Assembly (NCBI GenBank): GCA_031413515.1
Contig: JANOFF010000112.1
Location: 3,753 to 67,752, forward strand
DNA length: 64,000 nucleotides
From: a bacterium
GTDB lineage: Bacteria; Myxococcota_A; UBA9160; UBA4427
Reading direction: 5' to 3'
Position numbers and translations under genes: made by a program
Notes under the pieces: generated by a model
Database searches by the model: none
The model's input: the letters and a program-made list of their open reading frames with translations, nothing else
What the model was told of the DNA's origin: nothing
Part shown: positions 1-8,775 of the stretch, in pieces
How positions within the stretch are numbered: the stretch's first letter is position 1
Layout of the letters: each line of letters begins with the position of its first letter

Positions 1-604
1 GCTCGTCGGGCAGGCTGTGCGTCGCCGCGACATGGCGTCGTTCTTCGCGCTCGGGACGCTCGGCGTCCTGCTCATCTACTTCGACTATCACGCGCGACTG
101 GCCCTGCCCATCTACGTGATCGCGCTGGCCGCCTGTGTCGAACGATCGCGCAGTGTGCTCAGCCATGTGTGGGGAGATGGAAGGGGCTCGCTCGCCGTGG
201 GTCTCGGGCTCGCTGGCCTGATCCTGTTGGACTTCGATCCCGGCCGCAGCCACGCACTCGCCGCATCGAAGGATCTCCATCTGCGCGAACGATGCGCGGC
301 GGTCGAGCGCATCGCGACCGATCAGACGCGCTTCGCCACGACGGTCGGCTGGCACTACTCGATGTGTCTCGAACGCCCGGTCTTCGGACTGGCCCAGCGG
401 ATCATGCGGGAAGCGAATGCGTCTGCGGCCGAGTCCGTGATCGAGCTTCACCGCATCGACACCGTCTTCCTCGACACGACCAGCGCATACGACGCGCGTT
501 TCGCGCCCTACTTCGAACTCCGCTACGGGCCGGGCCACCGCTCGGGGGTGATCCAGTACTGGCGCGTGCGCTCGCTGCCCGCTGATCGCCCGGACGCTCG
601 CTGA
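1..604 (+). CDS. C-terminal part of a hypothetical membrane-associated protein (probably continues upstream of the window)
   Basis: ORF 17..604 starts at a GTG, and the same frame has no stop back to the left edge. It has two hydrophobic helices (FFALGTLGVLLIYF, LAVGLGLAGLILL) followed by a soluble tail. No family recognised. Confidence 0.35.
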   Translation, partial: LVGQAVRRRDMASFFALGTLGVLLIYFDYHARLALPIYVIALAACVERSRSVLSHVWGDGRGSLAVGLGLAGLILLDFDPGRSHALAASKDLHLRERCAAVERIATDQTRFATTVGWHYSMCLERPVFGLAQRIMREANASAAESVIELHRIDTVFLDTTSAYDARFAPYFELRYGPGHRSGVIQYWRVRSLPADRPDAR

Positions 605-614
605 GCGATCGGGA

Positions 615-2384
615 TCACGCTCCGGGCGGGATCGGGGTCCGCAGCAGACTTCCGCGCGAGACGCCGCCCTGAGGCAGCGCCGGCAACGGACCGCTTTCGC
701 GCACCCGATGGATGCGCACGCGCAGCGACGTCTCGGCCTGCCGGCGGATCGGAACGGCGCCTTGATAGAAGCTCGGGAGGGTCGAGAAGAGAAGCGGGCC
801 GGGGACCGCGGCCAGGCCGAGCAGCCGGGTCACCGGGAACTTCGGCAGTGCAGGCACGCTGATGTCCTGAGCGGCCAGCACCCAGTCGCCTCGTTCGAGC
901 TGCGAGCGTCCGGGGACCATCGGCTGGTAGCCCCGCCGCTCCGATTCGTACTGGAACCCCCAGTGGCCGCTGAACCAGACGCGTTCGCGATCACGGTCGT
1001 AGCCGAGACGTTCGAGTTCCCGTTCGATCACCTCCTGGACACTCTGCTGGGCGCGCGCATCCGCCAGATCGACCGCACCGAACAGCAGGCCGAGGCAGAC
1101 ACTGAACGTCGCGATGGCGCGCAGTGGGTTCGGCGCGCGCGCCGCGTTCGTCGCCAGATGGGCGAGCGCCAGCGTGGTCACGAGGATCGGAACGATGAGT
1201 CGCCGCGCTGCGTGGAAGGGCGAGAGCCAGAAGCACACGCCGAACTCGACGACCATCCAGGCAAGCAGGAACGCCAGATCCCGCCGCGCCGCCGGTGGGC
1301 TCCGCCGCCATCCGAGCACGCCGGCCGCCCCGATCAGCGCGATGAGTGCGAGCCCCGCGACGAAGAACGCGTCCAGCGCGGGATCCCCGTGAAACAGCCG
1401 GATCGGCCGGATCGCCACCGGCACGGGTCCGGGTTCGAGCGCGCCGATCACGATCAGCGGAAGGACGGACGCCGCCATGCCGGCGAAGAGCGCGATTCTC
1501 GAAGCGTGCAGCACCGAGATCGCGAGCAGTCCGGCCGGCGTCGCGAGCGCGCCGAGCAGGGCCAGCCAGCCGATCGCCCAGCCCGCCCCGGTGTTCGACC
1601 ATGCCGTCTGCGGTGCCGCGAGCAGATGATGGAGGATGTGCGACTCGCCGTAGCGAAGCGCCAGCCAGCCTTCCCAGCCGAGAAACAGCATCGCGGCCAC
1701 ACCGACCGCCACGATCGTCAGTCGCATCGCGCGCTGTGTGACGATTCCGTAGACGCCGAGCGCCAGCAATTGGGCGAGCGTGTTGTACTTGGTCTGCAGA
1801 GCGAGTCCTGCGAGTACACCGGCCCACACCGCCCACCCGATTCGATTTCGCTCGCAGGCCTCGACGAACAGCGCGAAGCCGCCGAGCGCCAGGGCGAGCG
1901 AAGGCAGATCCAGCATCAGGTTGAAGGACGGTACGATCGCCGGCGCGAGGGCGAGCACGAGCAGGAGTGGCGTTCCACCCGCCGGTGCAAACCGCTCGAC
2001 CAGTCGGCGCAGACTCCACACCAGCAGCAGCGCAAAGGGCAGGAGCCAGAGTTTGAGGAAGACCGGATCCTCGCCGAACAGCGAGATGCCCGCGCCGAGC
2101 CAATAGGGAAGGACGGCCGGCACCAGCAGATCCATCGCCGGCGTGGGCACGTCGTACCAGAACACTTCGAAGCCGTATGGGTCGCCCGGGCTCGCTGCGA
2201 TCTGACGCGCGTAGTAGAGGAAGGCCGTGTCGTCGATCGTCACGGGCTTCAGCGCATTCAGCAGCGTGAGCAAGAGCGCGATCAGCAGGATGGGCAGGTG
2301 GGTTCCCCTGTCGGCGTACCCCCGGTCCGACGGAGGCTTCCAGTCGGATCTGGGCTTCGCGCACGAATCCGGGTCACCTATCAT
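615..2384 (-). CDS. Glycosyltransferase family 39 / ArnT-PMT-like polytopic membrane glycosyltransferase
   Basis: This is the C-terminal 589 codons of track ORF 615..3602, starting at ATG 2384 (MIGDPDS..). It has many TM helices and an N-terminal ..TIDDTAFLYYARQIA.. loop typical of GT-C/GT39 enzymes. The upstream part of the ORF overlaps a convincing gene on the other strand. Confidence 0.7.
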   Translation of the reverse strand: MIGDPDSCAKPRSDWKPPSDRGYADRGTHLPILLIALLLTLLNALKPVTIDDTAFLYYARQIAASPGDPYGFEVFWYDVPTPAMDLLVPAVLPYWLGAGISLFGEDPVFLKLWLLPFALLLVWSLRRLVERFAPAGGTPLLLVLALAPAIVPSFNLMLDLPSLALALGGFALFVEACERNRIGWAVWAGVLAGLALQTKYNTLAQLLALGVYGIVTQRAMRLTIVAVGVAAMLFLGWEGWLALRYGESHILHHLLAAPQTAWSNTGAGWAIGWLALLGALATPAGLLAISVLHASRIALFAGMAASVLPLIVIGALEPGPVPVAIRPIRLFHGDPALDAFFVAGLALIALIGAAGVLGWRRSPPAARRDLAFLLAWMVVEFGVCFWLSPFHAARRLIVPILVTTLALAHLATNAARAPNPLRAIATFSVCLGLLFGAVDLADARAQQSVQEVIERELERLGYDRDRERVWFSGHWGFQYESERRGYQPMVPGRSQLERGDWVLAAQDISVPALPKFPVTRLLGLAAVPGPLLFSTLPSFYQGAVPIRRQAETSLRVRIHRVRESGPLPALPQGGVSRGSLLRTPIPPGA

Positions 2385-2465
2385 CGCGCGTCTGTGCCCC
2401 GACGACCGGTCTGAAGCGGTCAGAATGCTCGTGGCTCGATCACGCTCGATTCCAGCGAGGACCCG

Positions 2466-3779
2466 ATGAGCAGCGAATCCCGACGTGCGTCCGAGGGCAG
2501 CGTCCGACTCGACACCCGGCCCGTCGACCAGTGGATCGGCATCCCGCTCGGCGGCAGGCAGTTGAAAGACCCTGTGGCACCCAACGACCTGCGTCGTTGG
2601 GCCCAGGGGATGCAGAACCCGAACCCGCTGTACTTCGATGACGCGTTCGCGAGCCAATCCGAGTCGCGCTTCGGAGCCTTCGTGGCCCCGCAGTCGTTCG
2701 CGGTGGCCACCGACGACAGCCACGGCGCAGGTCCCGCCATCCAGGGGACGATTCCCGGCACCCACATGCTGTTCGGCGGTGACGAGTGGTGGTTCTTCGG
2801 ACCGCGCATCCGGCCCGGGCAGCGGATCGTCCGCGATCGCATGCTGTTCGACTACAAGCTGACCGAGACGAAGTTCGCCGGCCCCACGATGTTCTCGCGC
2901 GGCGATACGACCTACATCAACGATCAGGGCGAACTGATCTGCAAGCAGCGATCGACCTCGATCCGCTACCTCGCCGAGGAGGCGCGCAAGCGGCAGTTGT
3001 TCAGTGGCGACACCGATCCGGTGTGGACCGAAGATCAGCTGATGGAGATCGAGGAGAAGAAGTTCGCCTACAACCGGAGCTTCCTCGAACTCGGCCACGG
3101 GCGATGGCTCTTCGTCAAGGTCGGCGAGAAGCTGCCCCAGCGGTTGATCGGACCCCACACGATCGCGAGCTTCACCACCGAATGGCGCGCCTTCCAGATG
3201 ACGATCTGGCACGCCTTCAAGAAGGTGGAGGGTCCCGACTCGACCCTCGATGCGGGCTGGCTGCCCGAGATGTCCCGAGACACCGAGGGCGCGAAGTTCG
3301 ATCCGACACTCGGCGACGGGCTCTACTACGGACCGTCGCGGGGACACGTGCAGGCCAAGTACGCGCAGTTGATCGGCCTGCCTCGCGGCTACGGGTACGG
3401 GGCCTCGATGGGGGCGTGGATGCTCGACTACGTGGGCAACTGGGGCGGAGAGTGGAGCGACATCGTCCACATCAAGATGTCGTATCGCTCCCCCGCCATG
3501 ACCGGGGATCTCAGCCTGCTCGACGGCGAGGTGACCGAGATCGGCTACGACGACCCTTCCGGACAGCCCGTCGCGAAACTGCATCTGGTGATGACCAATC
3601 ACGCGGCCGCGGTGCTCGCCGCGGCCGCCGCACTGGTGCCCCGGCCGACCGAGACGCTGCCGCCCCCCGAGCCGCGCGGCGCGCGGCGCGGCTGCGGGTC
3701 ACGATCCGGTTCGCGCAGTGGGTTCCGCCGGCGTGGCGGGACCGGGGCGCGATCCGAAGTTCCACTGCAGGGTGAGTGA
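2466..3779 (+). CDS. MaoC/FAS1-like (double hotdog) acyl dehydratase / enoyl-CoA hydratase family protein
   Basis: 437 aa. Motifs such as ..WAQGMQNPNPLYFDDAFA.. and the overall length fit the MaoC_dehydrat_N plus hotdog architecture. The last ~50 aa are Arg/Gly-rich and overlap the convergent neighbour. Confidence 0.65.
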   Translation: MSSESRRASEGSVRLDTRPVDQWIGIPLGGRQLKDPVAPNDLRRWAQGMQNPNPLYFDDAFASQSESRFGAFVAPQSFAVATDDSHGAGPAIQGTIPGTHMLFGGDEWWFFGPRIRPGQRIVRDRMLFDYKLTETKFAGPTMFSRGDTTYINDQGELICKQRSTSIRYLAEEARKRQLFSGDTDPVWTEDQLMEIEEKKFAYNRSFLELGHGRWLFVKVGEKLPQRLIGPHTIASFTTEWRAFQMTIWHAFKKVEGPDSTLDAGWLPEMSRDTEGAKFDPTLGDGLYYGPSRGHVQAKYAQLIGLPRGYGYGASMGAWMLDYVGNWGGEWSDIVHIKMSYRSPAMTGDLSLLDGEVTEIGYDDPSGQPVAKLHLVMTNHAAAVLAAAAALVPRPTETLPPPEPRGARRGCGSRSGSRSGFRRRGGTGARSEVPLQGE

Positions 3780-4490
3780 GAACAGATTGTTGCTGAGATC
3801 CTGATTACCCGGTCGGCGGATGTACTGGTTCATGTAGCCCGCGTCGAGCCGCAACCTTGCCTCGCGCTCGAGCTTGAAACCGAGCCCGACGAAGAACCGG
3901 TTCTGGTCGAAGCCAGCCTCGGTCCGGGGCGCCGTCCAATCGGTGTCGTTCAGATTGAAGAACACCTCGTTCCAGATCATCGGCGTGATGCGGGGGGCGA
4001 AGTCGAGCGGCAGCCGGCCGCCGACGAGTTGTCGGAATCGAACGCCCACGTCGGATCCGGTCTGGAGGAATCGCTCCTCGAGACGCGAGCGCAGATCGAG
4101 CGAGAACGCCTCGAACTTCGGGCTCCAGAGGAACTGTTGCCAGATCCGCTGCTCGTCGAAATCAGATCCCGTCGTCGGGTCGGTGCGGATGAACGCGTAG
4201 CCGGCCCACACGCTGGTCGATCCGCCGAGCGCATAGCCGACCCCGGGCCGCACGAGTCCCTGCCCGAAGCCTCCCGAGTCCTCGAACAGACGAAGCTGGC
4301 CATCGAGCCACCACTTGATGCGCGCGGTCACGGGACCGGGGCCGAGATCGCCCTGAGTGACGATGTTGAGCCAGAATCCGCCGTCCTTCACCGCGTCGGC
4401 CCGCACGGGCGCGGCCGACAGGCCGAGCAGGGCTGTGCTGAAGCTGGAGATCGAGATGAGGGCGGTGGCGAGCGATCGGATGCAGTGCAT
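3699..4490 (-). CDS. DUF2490-like outer-membrane beta-barrel protein
   Basis: Start at ATG 4490 (MHCIRSLATALISISSFSTALLGLSAAPVRA/DA signal peptide). It shows an alternating amphipathic beta-strand pattern and ..FSLTLQWNF, followed by an 18-aa tail. Confidence 0.6.
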   Translation of the reverse strand: MHCIRSLATALISISSFSTALLGLSAAPVRADAVKDGGFWLNIVTQGDLGPGPVTARIKWWLDGQLRLFEDSGGFGQGLVRPGVGYALGGSTSVWAGYAFIRTDPTTGSDFDEQRIWQQFLWSPKFEAFSLDLRSRLEERFLQTGSDVGVRFRQLVGGRLPLDFAPRITPMIWNEVFFNLNDTDWTAPRTEAGFDQNRFFVGLGFKLEREARLRLDAGYMNQYIRRPGNQDLSNNLFSLTLQWNFGSRPGPATPAEPTARTGS

Positions 4491-4623
4491 GGCGCTCTTC
4501 CCGGAGTTCGACGAGCCGAGTCGATCTCGCGTGCGGATGTCCTGGGTTCTGGCATGCGGCCCGTCGCTGGCCGATCCTCGGCCGGCGCCGCGCGCTGCGA
4601 GAGGTAACAGGCAGAGAGGCCGT

Positions 4624-6345
4624 ATGCACGATCCCTTCGAACTCGCCCTGCAGCCGGATCCGGAGCGGCTCACGCTCGGACGCTTCCTCGACGACATCGC
4701 GGCGCGCCATGGCGAGCGGATCGCGCTGCGCTTCCAGCCGTCCGCCGGCGCGGTCTGGCAGGAGTACACGCATCGCGCGCTGCGCGACGCAGCGAGGCAG
4801 CTTGCGCGCGGCCTGATCGGCGCCGGCGTGGTGAAGGGCGCGCGGGTCGCCGTGCTGATGCCCAACCGGCCCGAGTGGGCGATCGCCGCATTCGCGGTCG
4901 GGCTGGCGGGTGGGGTGCTGGTACCGCTCAACACCTACGCGACGTCGAGCGAGCGCGACTACATCCTGCGCCACAGCGATGCGTCGCTGCTGCTCATGCA
5001 GTCCGAGCTGCGGAATCACGACTTCGTGGGCGATCTGCTGGCCGATCATCCGGCGATCGCGCACGGGGAAGCCGGGCGGATCCGCTGCGAGGCGCTGCCG
5101 CATCTGCGCCGGGTCGTGTGTCTCGACGTCCGGGAGCGCCGCGGCGCGATCGAGCCGTGGTGCGATCTGCTCGCACTCGGCGACGATGTCCCCGATGCGC
5201 TCCTCGACGCCGCGAGCGCCGAGGTCACGCCGTCCGACGACGGCATCCTGATCTACACGTCGGGCACGACCGCACATCCGAAGGGCGTTTTGCACCGGCA
5301 GCGCGCGGCAGTGATCCAGAGCTATCGCTTCGCCGAGCTGATGGGTCTGTCGCCCGAGGATGTGGTCCTCACCGCACAGCCGTTCTTCTGGACCGCGGGC
5401 ATCGCGATGTCGCTCGGTGCAGCGCTCGCAGCGGGCGCGCCCTTGATCGTCGAGCCGGTGTTCGTGCCGGAGCGCTATCTCGCCCTGATCGAATCCGAGC
5501 GGGTCACGACCCTGCACGCCTGGCCCCATCAGGAGAAGGCGATGGCCGAGCACGCCGAGGCGCGCACCCGCATTCTCACGAGCCTGCAGAAGATCGAGCA
5601 CTCGTCCCCGCTCGCGCCGCTCGCGAAGCTCTCGGTCGATGACTGGGGGACCTACGGGTCGTATGGGCTGAGCGAGACGTTCACACTCGCGTCCGCGTTG
5701 CCCGCGAGCGCTCCGGCGGAGCTGCGCCACGCGACCAGCGGACGACCGCTGCCCGGCATGCGGCTGCGCATCGTCGATCCCGACACGGGTGCGCCGGTTG
5801 CTGCGGTCGGCGACAAGGGCGAGATCGCCGTGCAGGGCGCGACGCTGATGCGGGGCTACTACAAAGTGGCGCCCGAGCTGTTTCTCGATGAAGACGGCTA
5901 CTTCCACACCCAGGACGGCGGCTCTTTCGATCCCGACGGGTATCTGCACTGGAGTGGCCGGCTCTCGAACCTGATCAAGTCCGGCGGCGCCAACGTGTCG
6001 CCGCTCGAAATCGAGAGAGCCCTCGAAGGCCACGCCGATCTGCTGATCGCGCAGGCGGTCGGCGTCCCGCATCCGGTGCTCGGCGAGGTGATCGTGCTGT
6101 GCGCGGTGCGAAGACCCGGGGCCACGCTCGATGAAGCCACGCTGCGTGCGGGGCTGCGTGAACGTCTTGCCGCCTACAAGGTGCCGCGGCGCGTGTTGTT
6201 CTTCTCGCCGGACGAGTTGTCGTACACGGCGAACCAGAAACTCCAGGTCGGGCCGCTGCGCGAACTCGCACTGCGTCGCCTGTCTGAAGAGGGCGCCGAG
6301 ATCGACGGGGTCCGCTACCCGGTCGGTTCCCGCGACCGGGGCTGA
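4624..6345 (+). CDS. AMP-dependent acyl-CoA synthetase/ligase
   Basis: Internal ATG 4624 (MHDPFELALQ..) of track ORF 4357..6345. AMP-binding motifs are present: ILIYTSGTTAHPKGV, ..YGLSET.., ..GYFHTQDGG...DGYLHWSGRLSNLIKSGGANV. Confidence 0.85.
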   Translation: MHDPFELALQPDPERLTLGRFLDDIAARHGERIALRFQPSAGAVWQEYTHRALRDAARQLARGLIGAGVVKGARVAVLMPNRPEWAIAAFAVGLAGGVLVPLNTYATSSERDYILRHSDASLLLMQSELRNHDFVGDLLADHPAIAHGEAGRIRCEALPHLRRVVCLDVRERRGAIEPWCDLLALGDDVPDALLDAASAEVTPSDDGILIYTSGTTAHPKGVLHRQRAAVIQSYRFAELMGLSPEDVVLTAQPFFWTAGIAMSLGAALAAGAPLIVEPVFVPERYLALIESERVTTLHAWPHQEKAMAEHAEARTRILTSLQKIEHSSPLAPLAKLSVDDWGTYGSYGLSETFTLASALPASAPAELRHATSGRPLPGMRLRIVDPDTGAPVAAVGDKGEIAVQGATLMRGYYKVAPELFLDEDGYFHTQDGGSFDPDGYLHWSGRLSNLIKSGGANVSPLEIERALEGHADLLIAQAVGVPHPVLGEVIVLCAVRRPGATLDEATLRAGLRERLAAYKVPRRVLFFSPDELSYTANQKLQVGPLRELALRRLSEEGAEIDGVRYPVGSRDRG

Positions 6346-6360
6346 GGACCGCACCGGCGA

Positions 6361-7722
6361 TCAGCCCCAGATCGACTGGCCTCGGGCCTCGCGTTCGCTG
6401 GCGGCTTTCGCGACGGCGAGATCTCCCACGAGACTGCGCGCGGCCAGCCAGAAGTGCACGCCCGACCAGGCCAGCACCAGCGACGTGAGCAACATCGCGG
6501 TGCGGAGCGATTGCTCGCCGAGCCGCGGCTCGAGCAGGTCGCTCAGCAGTCCGGTCGCGGGCGGCCCGAGCGCGAGCCCGATGATGTTGATCACGAACAG
6601 CAGCATCGCGGATGCCGTGGCCCGCATGCGCGGTGTCGAGAGCGACTGCGACATCGCGAGTGCAGGCGCCTGATAGGCGAGGCCGAGGAAAACCGGGAAG
6701 ACGAAGAGCGAGAGGGCGAGCGTCGTGTTGTCGGTGGTGTAGACCACGAAGCCGAAGGGCACCGACAGCCACATGGCGGCGGCGGGGATCCACATCCGCC
6801 AGCGTGCGTCGCGAGCACCGAAGCGATCGCTGAAGTAGCCGCCGCTGTAGATGCCGAGCCCGCCCCCGATGCCGATGATCAGGGCGAGCACCGTGCCGAT
6901 CTGACCCGTCGTCATGTGGTGGGAGCGGATCAGGAAGGTCGGCGCCCAGTTGGTGGTCGAGTAGCCGACGAAGGCATACAGGCCCGCGCCGATCGCGTTG
7001 TGGCGGAAGGCCCGACTGCGCCAGAGGAAGCGGAGCACTTCACCGACGTCGGGCAGGGCGCGTTCACCGCTGACGTCGGTGGCGAGCTTTACGTCGGACA
7101 GGCCGCGCGGGGGCTCGCGCAGCGTCAGCGCGACGATGCCGGCGAGCACGACACCGGGTGCGCCGACCAGCATGAAGGCCATCCGCCAGCCGAGCACTTC
7201 GTCCATCCATCCCCCGGCCAGGAAGCCCACCATGATGCCGAGCGGCACGCCGAGCGAGAAGACGCCGAGCGCCGTCGCGCGCTTCTCGGCCGGGAAGTAG
7301 TCCGAGATCATCGAGTGCGCGGGTGGGCTGCCGCCGGCTTCGCCGATCCCGACCCCGACCCGGTAGACGAGCAGGGACAGGAACCCGCCCGCCGTACCGC
7401 AGAGCGCCGTCATGCCGCTCCAGATCGTCAGGCAGATCGCGATGATGCCCTTGCGTGAGTAGCGATCCGCCAGCCTCGCGATCGGTACACCGAGCGTCGC
7501 GTAGAAGATCCCGAATGCGGTGCCCGAGAGCAGCCCGAGCTGCAGATCCGAGAGGCCGAGATCCTGCTTGATCGACTGCAACAGGATCGAGAGGATCTGC
7601 CGATCGACGAAGTTCACGACGTAGACGGTCGTGAGCAGGCCGAGCGCATAGCGCAGATAGGCGGTCGAATACGGCGCGCTCGGCGTCTGTGCCTGCGAGT
7701 TCCCGGAGACGGGCGCGTTCAT
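6361..7722 (-). CDS. MFS transporter (Spinster-like)
   Basis: 453 aa with about 12 hydrophobic helices and the MFS loop motif ..GVPIARLADRYSRKG... Confidence 0.9.
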   Translation of the reverse strand: MNAPVSGNSQAQTPSAPYSTAYLRYALGLLTTVYVVNFVDRQILSILLQSIKQDLGLSDLQLGLLSGTAFGIFYATLGVPIARLADRYSRKGIIAICLTIWSGMTALCGTAGGFLSLLVYRVGVGIGEAGGSPPAHSMISDYFPAEKRATALGVFSLGVPLGIMVGFLAGGWMDEVLGWRMAFMLVGAPGVVLAGIVALTLREPPRGLSDVKLATDVSGERALPDVGEVLRFLWRSRAFRHNAIGAGLYAFVGYSTTNWAPTFLIRSHHMTTGQIGTVLALIIGIGGGLGIYSGGYFSDRFGARDARWRMWIPAAAMWLSVPFGFVVYTTDNTTLALSLFVFPVFLGLAYQAPALAMSQSLSTPRMRATASAMLLFVINIIGLALGPPATGLLSDLLEPRLGEQSLRTAMLLTSLVLAWSGVHFWLAARSLVGDLAVAKAASEREARGQSIWG

Positions 7723-7737
7723 CGCACGCAGTCTAGG

Positions 7738-7757
7738 GGCGAGACCGCGGTCTCGCC
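7738..7757. promoter_or_regulatory. Perfect 20-bp palindrome GGCGAGACCGCGGTCTCGCC between the SDR stop and the MFS start
   Basis: Read directly from the sequence. It lies 20 nt downstream of the SDR stop and 15 nt upstream of the MFS start codon, with no T-run. It could be either an operator or a hairpin terminator/attenuator. Confidence 0.4.
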
Positions 7758-7777
7758 GCTCGCAGGCTGCCAGTCGA

Positions 7778-8569
7778 TCAGATCACCGGCGATGCGGCCA
7801 GCATGCCGCCATCCACGACCAGCGTGTGACCGGTCACGAACGCTGCGGCAGCGCTCGCCAGGAACACGACGGCGCCCTTGATGTCGTCCTCCGCGCCCGA
7901 CCTTCGCTGCGGAATCTGGCGGTTGAAGGCGGCGAGCTTCGCGGGATCGTGGCGGACGTGATCCATCATCGCGGTCAGGAACGGGCCCGGCGCAATCGCG
8001 TTCACGCGGATCCCGACGGGAGCGAGCTTCACCGCCATGTCGAGCGTGAGCGAAGTGAGCGCGCCCTTGCTCGCGTTGTAGGCGACCACCGGCTCGCGTT
8101 CATCGCCCGCGCTGCGAAAGGCCGAGATCGAGCTGATGTGGATGATCGAGCCTGCCCCCTGCTCGCGCATGTGGCGCGCCACCTGCTGCGAGAGATAGAA
8201 GACACCACGCACGTTGAGATCGAAGACGCGGTCCCAGCCCTCGAGCGGGTAGTCGAGGATCGGCGCCGCCCACACCATGCCCGCGTTGTTGACGAGCACG
8301 TCGAGGCGCGGCGTGGCGGCGAGCACGGAGCCAACGAGCGCGTCGATCGATTCGGGTTTCGAGACATCGGCTGCGAGTGGCGTCGCGCAACCACCGGCCG
8401 CCACGATCGCATCGGCGGTCTCGCGGCAGGCTTCGATCCGGCGCGAGGCGATGAAGACGTGGGCGCCGGCCTCGGCGAGACCGATCGCGAGATGGCGACC
8501 GATGCCGCGTCCGCCTCCGGTCACCAATGCGGTGCGACCGGCGAGGTCGAACAGGGCGGGCGTGCGCAT
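7778..8569 (-). CDS. Short-chain dehydrogenase/reductase (SDR)
   Basis: TGGGRGIG Rossmann motif, NNAG, and the catalytic S...YxxxK (..YNASKGAL..). Confidence 0.9.
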   Translation of the reverse strand: MRTPALFDLAGRTALVTGGGRGIGRHLAIGLAEAGAHVFIASRRIEACRETADAIVAAGGCATPLAADVSKPESIDALVGSVLAATPRLDVLVNNAGMVWAAPILDYPLEGWDRVFDLNVRGVFYLSQQVARHMREQGAGSIIHISSISAFRSAGDEREPVVAYNASKGALTSLTLDMAVKLAPVGIRVNAIAPGPFLTAMMDHVRHDPAKLAAFNRQIPQRRSGAEDDIKGAVVFLASAAAAFVTGHTLVVDGGMLAASPVI

Positions 8570-8622
8570 CGGGCCTCCGACGGTCGCGGCACACGGCCAG
8601 GACGACCCGGGATGGGAAGTCT

Positions 8623-8638
8623 CGAAGTGTTAACTTCG
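8623..8638. promoter_or_regulatory. Inverted repeat CGAAGT-gtta-ACTTCG (candidate TetR-type operator) in a divergent promoter region
   Basis: Perfect 6-bp arms around an AT-rich 4-nt centre, in the 206-bp region between the SDR and CoA-transferase starts. Confidence 0.3.
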
Positions 8639-8650
8639 CCGCGCAGGTTG

Positions 8651-8736
8651 TCCACCGCTGCGCTCTCGTTGTCTTCCTCTCCGCTCGCTTTGTCAACCGC
8701 TCTGCTCTAGTTGCCTCCCGCTCCGCTTTCGTTTTG
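8651..8736. repeat. About four degenerate tandem copies of a ~21-bp unit (TCnnCCGCTnnGCTCnnGTTG)
   Basis: Units at 8651-8671, 8672-8692, 8693-8713 and 8714-8736, plus a partial fifth copy. Aligned by eye. Non-coding divergent intergenic region. Confidence 0.45.
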
Positions 8737-8775
8737 CCCCGCTCCGCTCACGGAGCCGTGCCCGGATGATCGGTC

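Noticed and set aside
2385-3602. The N-terminal ~406 aa of the 995-aa minus-strand ORF 615..3602.
   Set aside because: This part is Arg/Gly/His/Asp-rich and has no membrane helices. It lies entirely antisense to the well-supported MaoC-like gene (2466..3779). The glycosyltransferase sequence begins convincingly only at ATG 2384.
4162-6354. 730-aa minus-strand ORF covering the acyl-CoA synthetase locus.
   Set aside because: It is an antisense shadow ORF of a gene with clear AMP-binding motifs. Its composition is dominated by Arg/Gly/Asp/His and no motif is present. This is typical of high-GC DNA, where stop codons are rare in the reverse frame.
8651-8736. Possibility that the ~21-bp tandem repeats are a CRISPR array.
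   Set aside because: The units abut each other with no spacers. They are short and degenerate, and no cas genes are nearby. This is a tandem repeat, not a CRISPR array.
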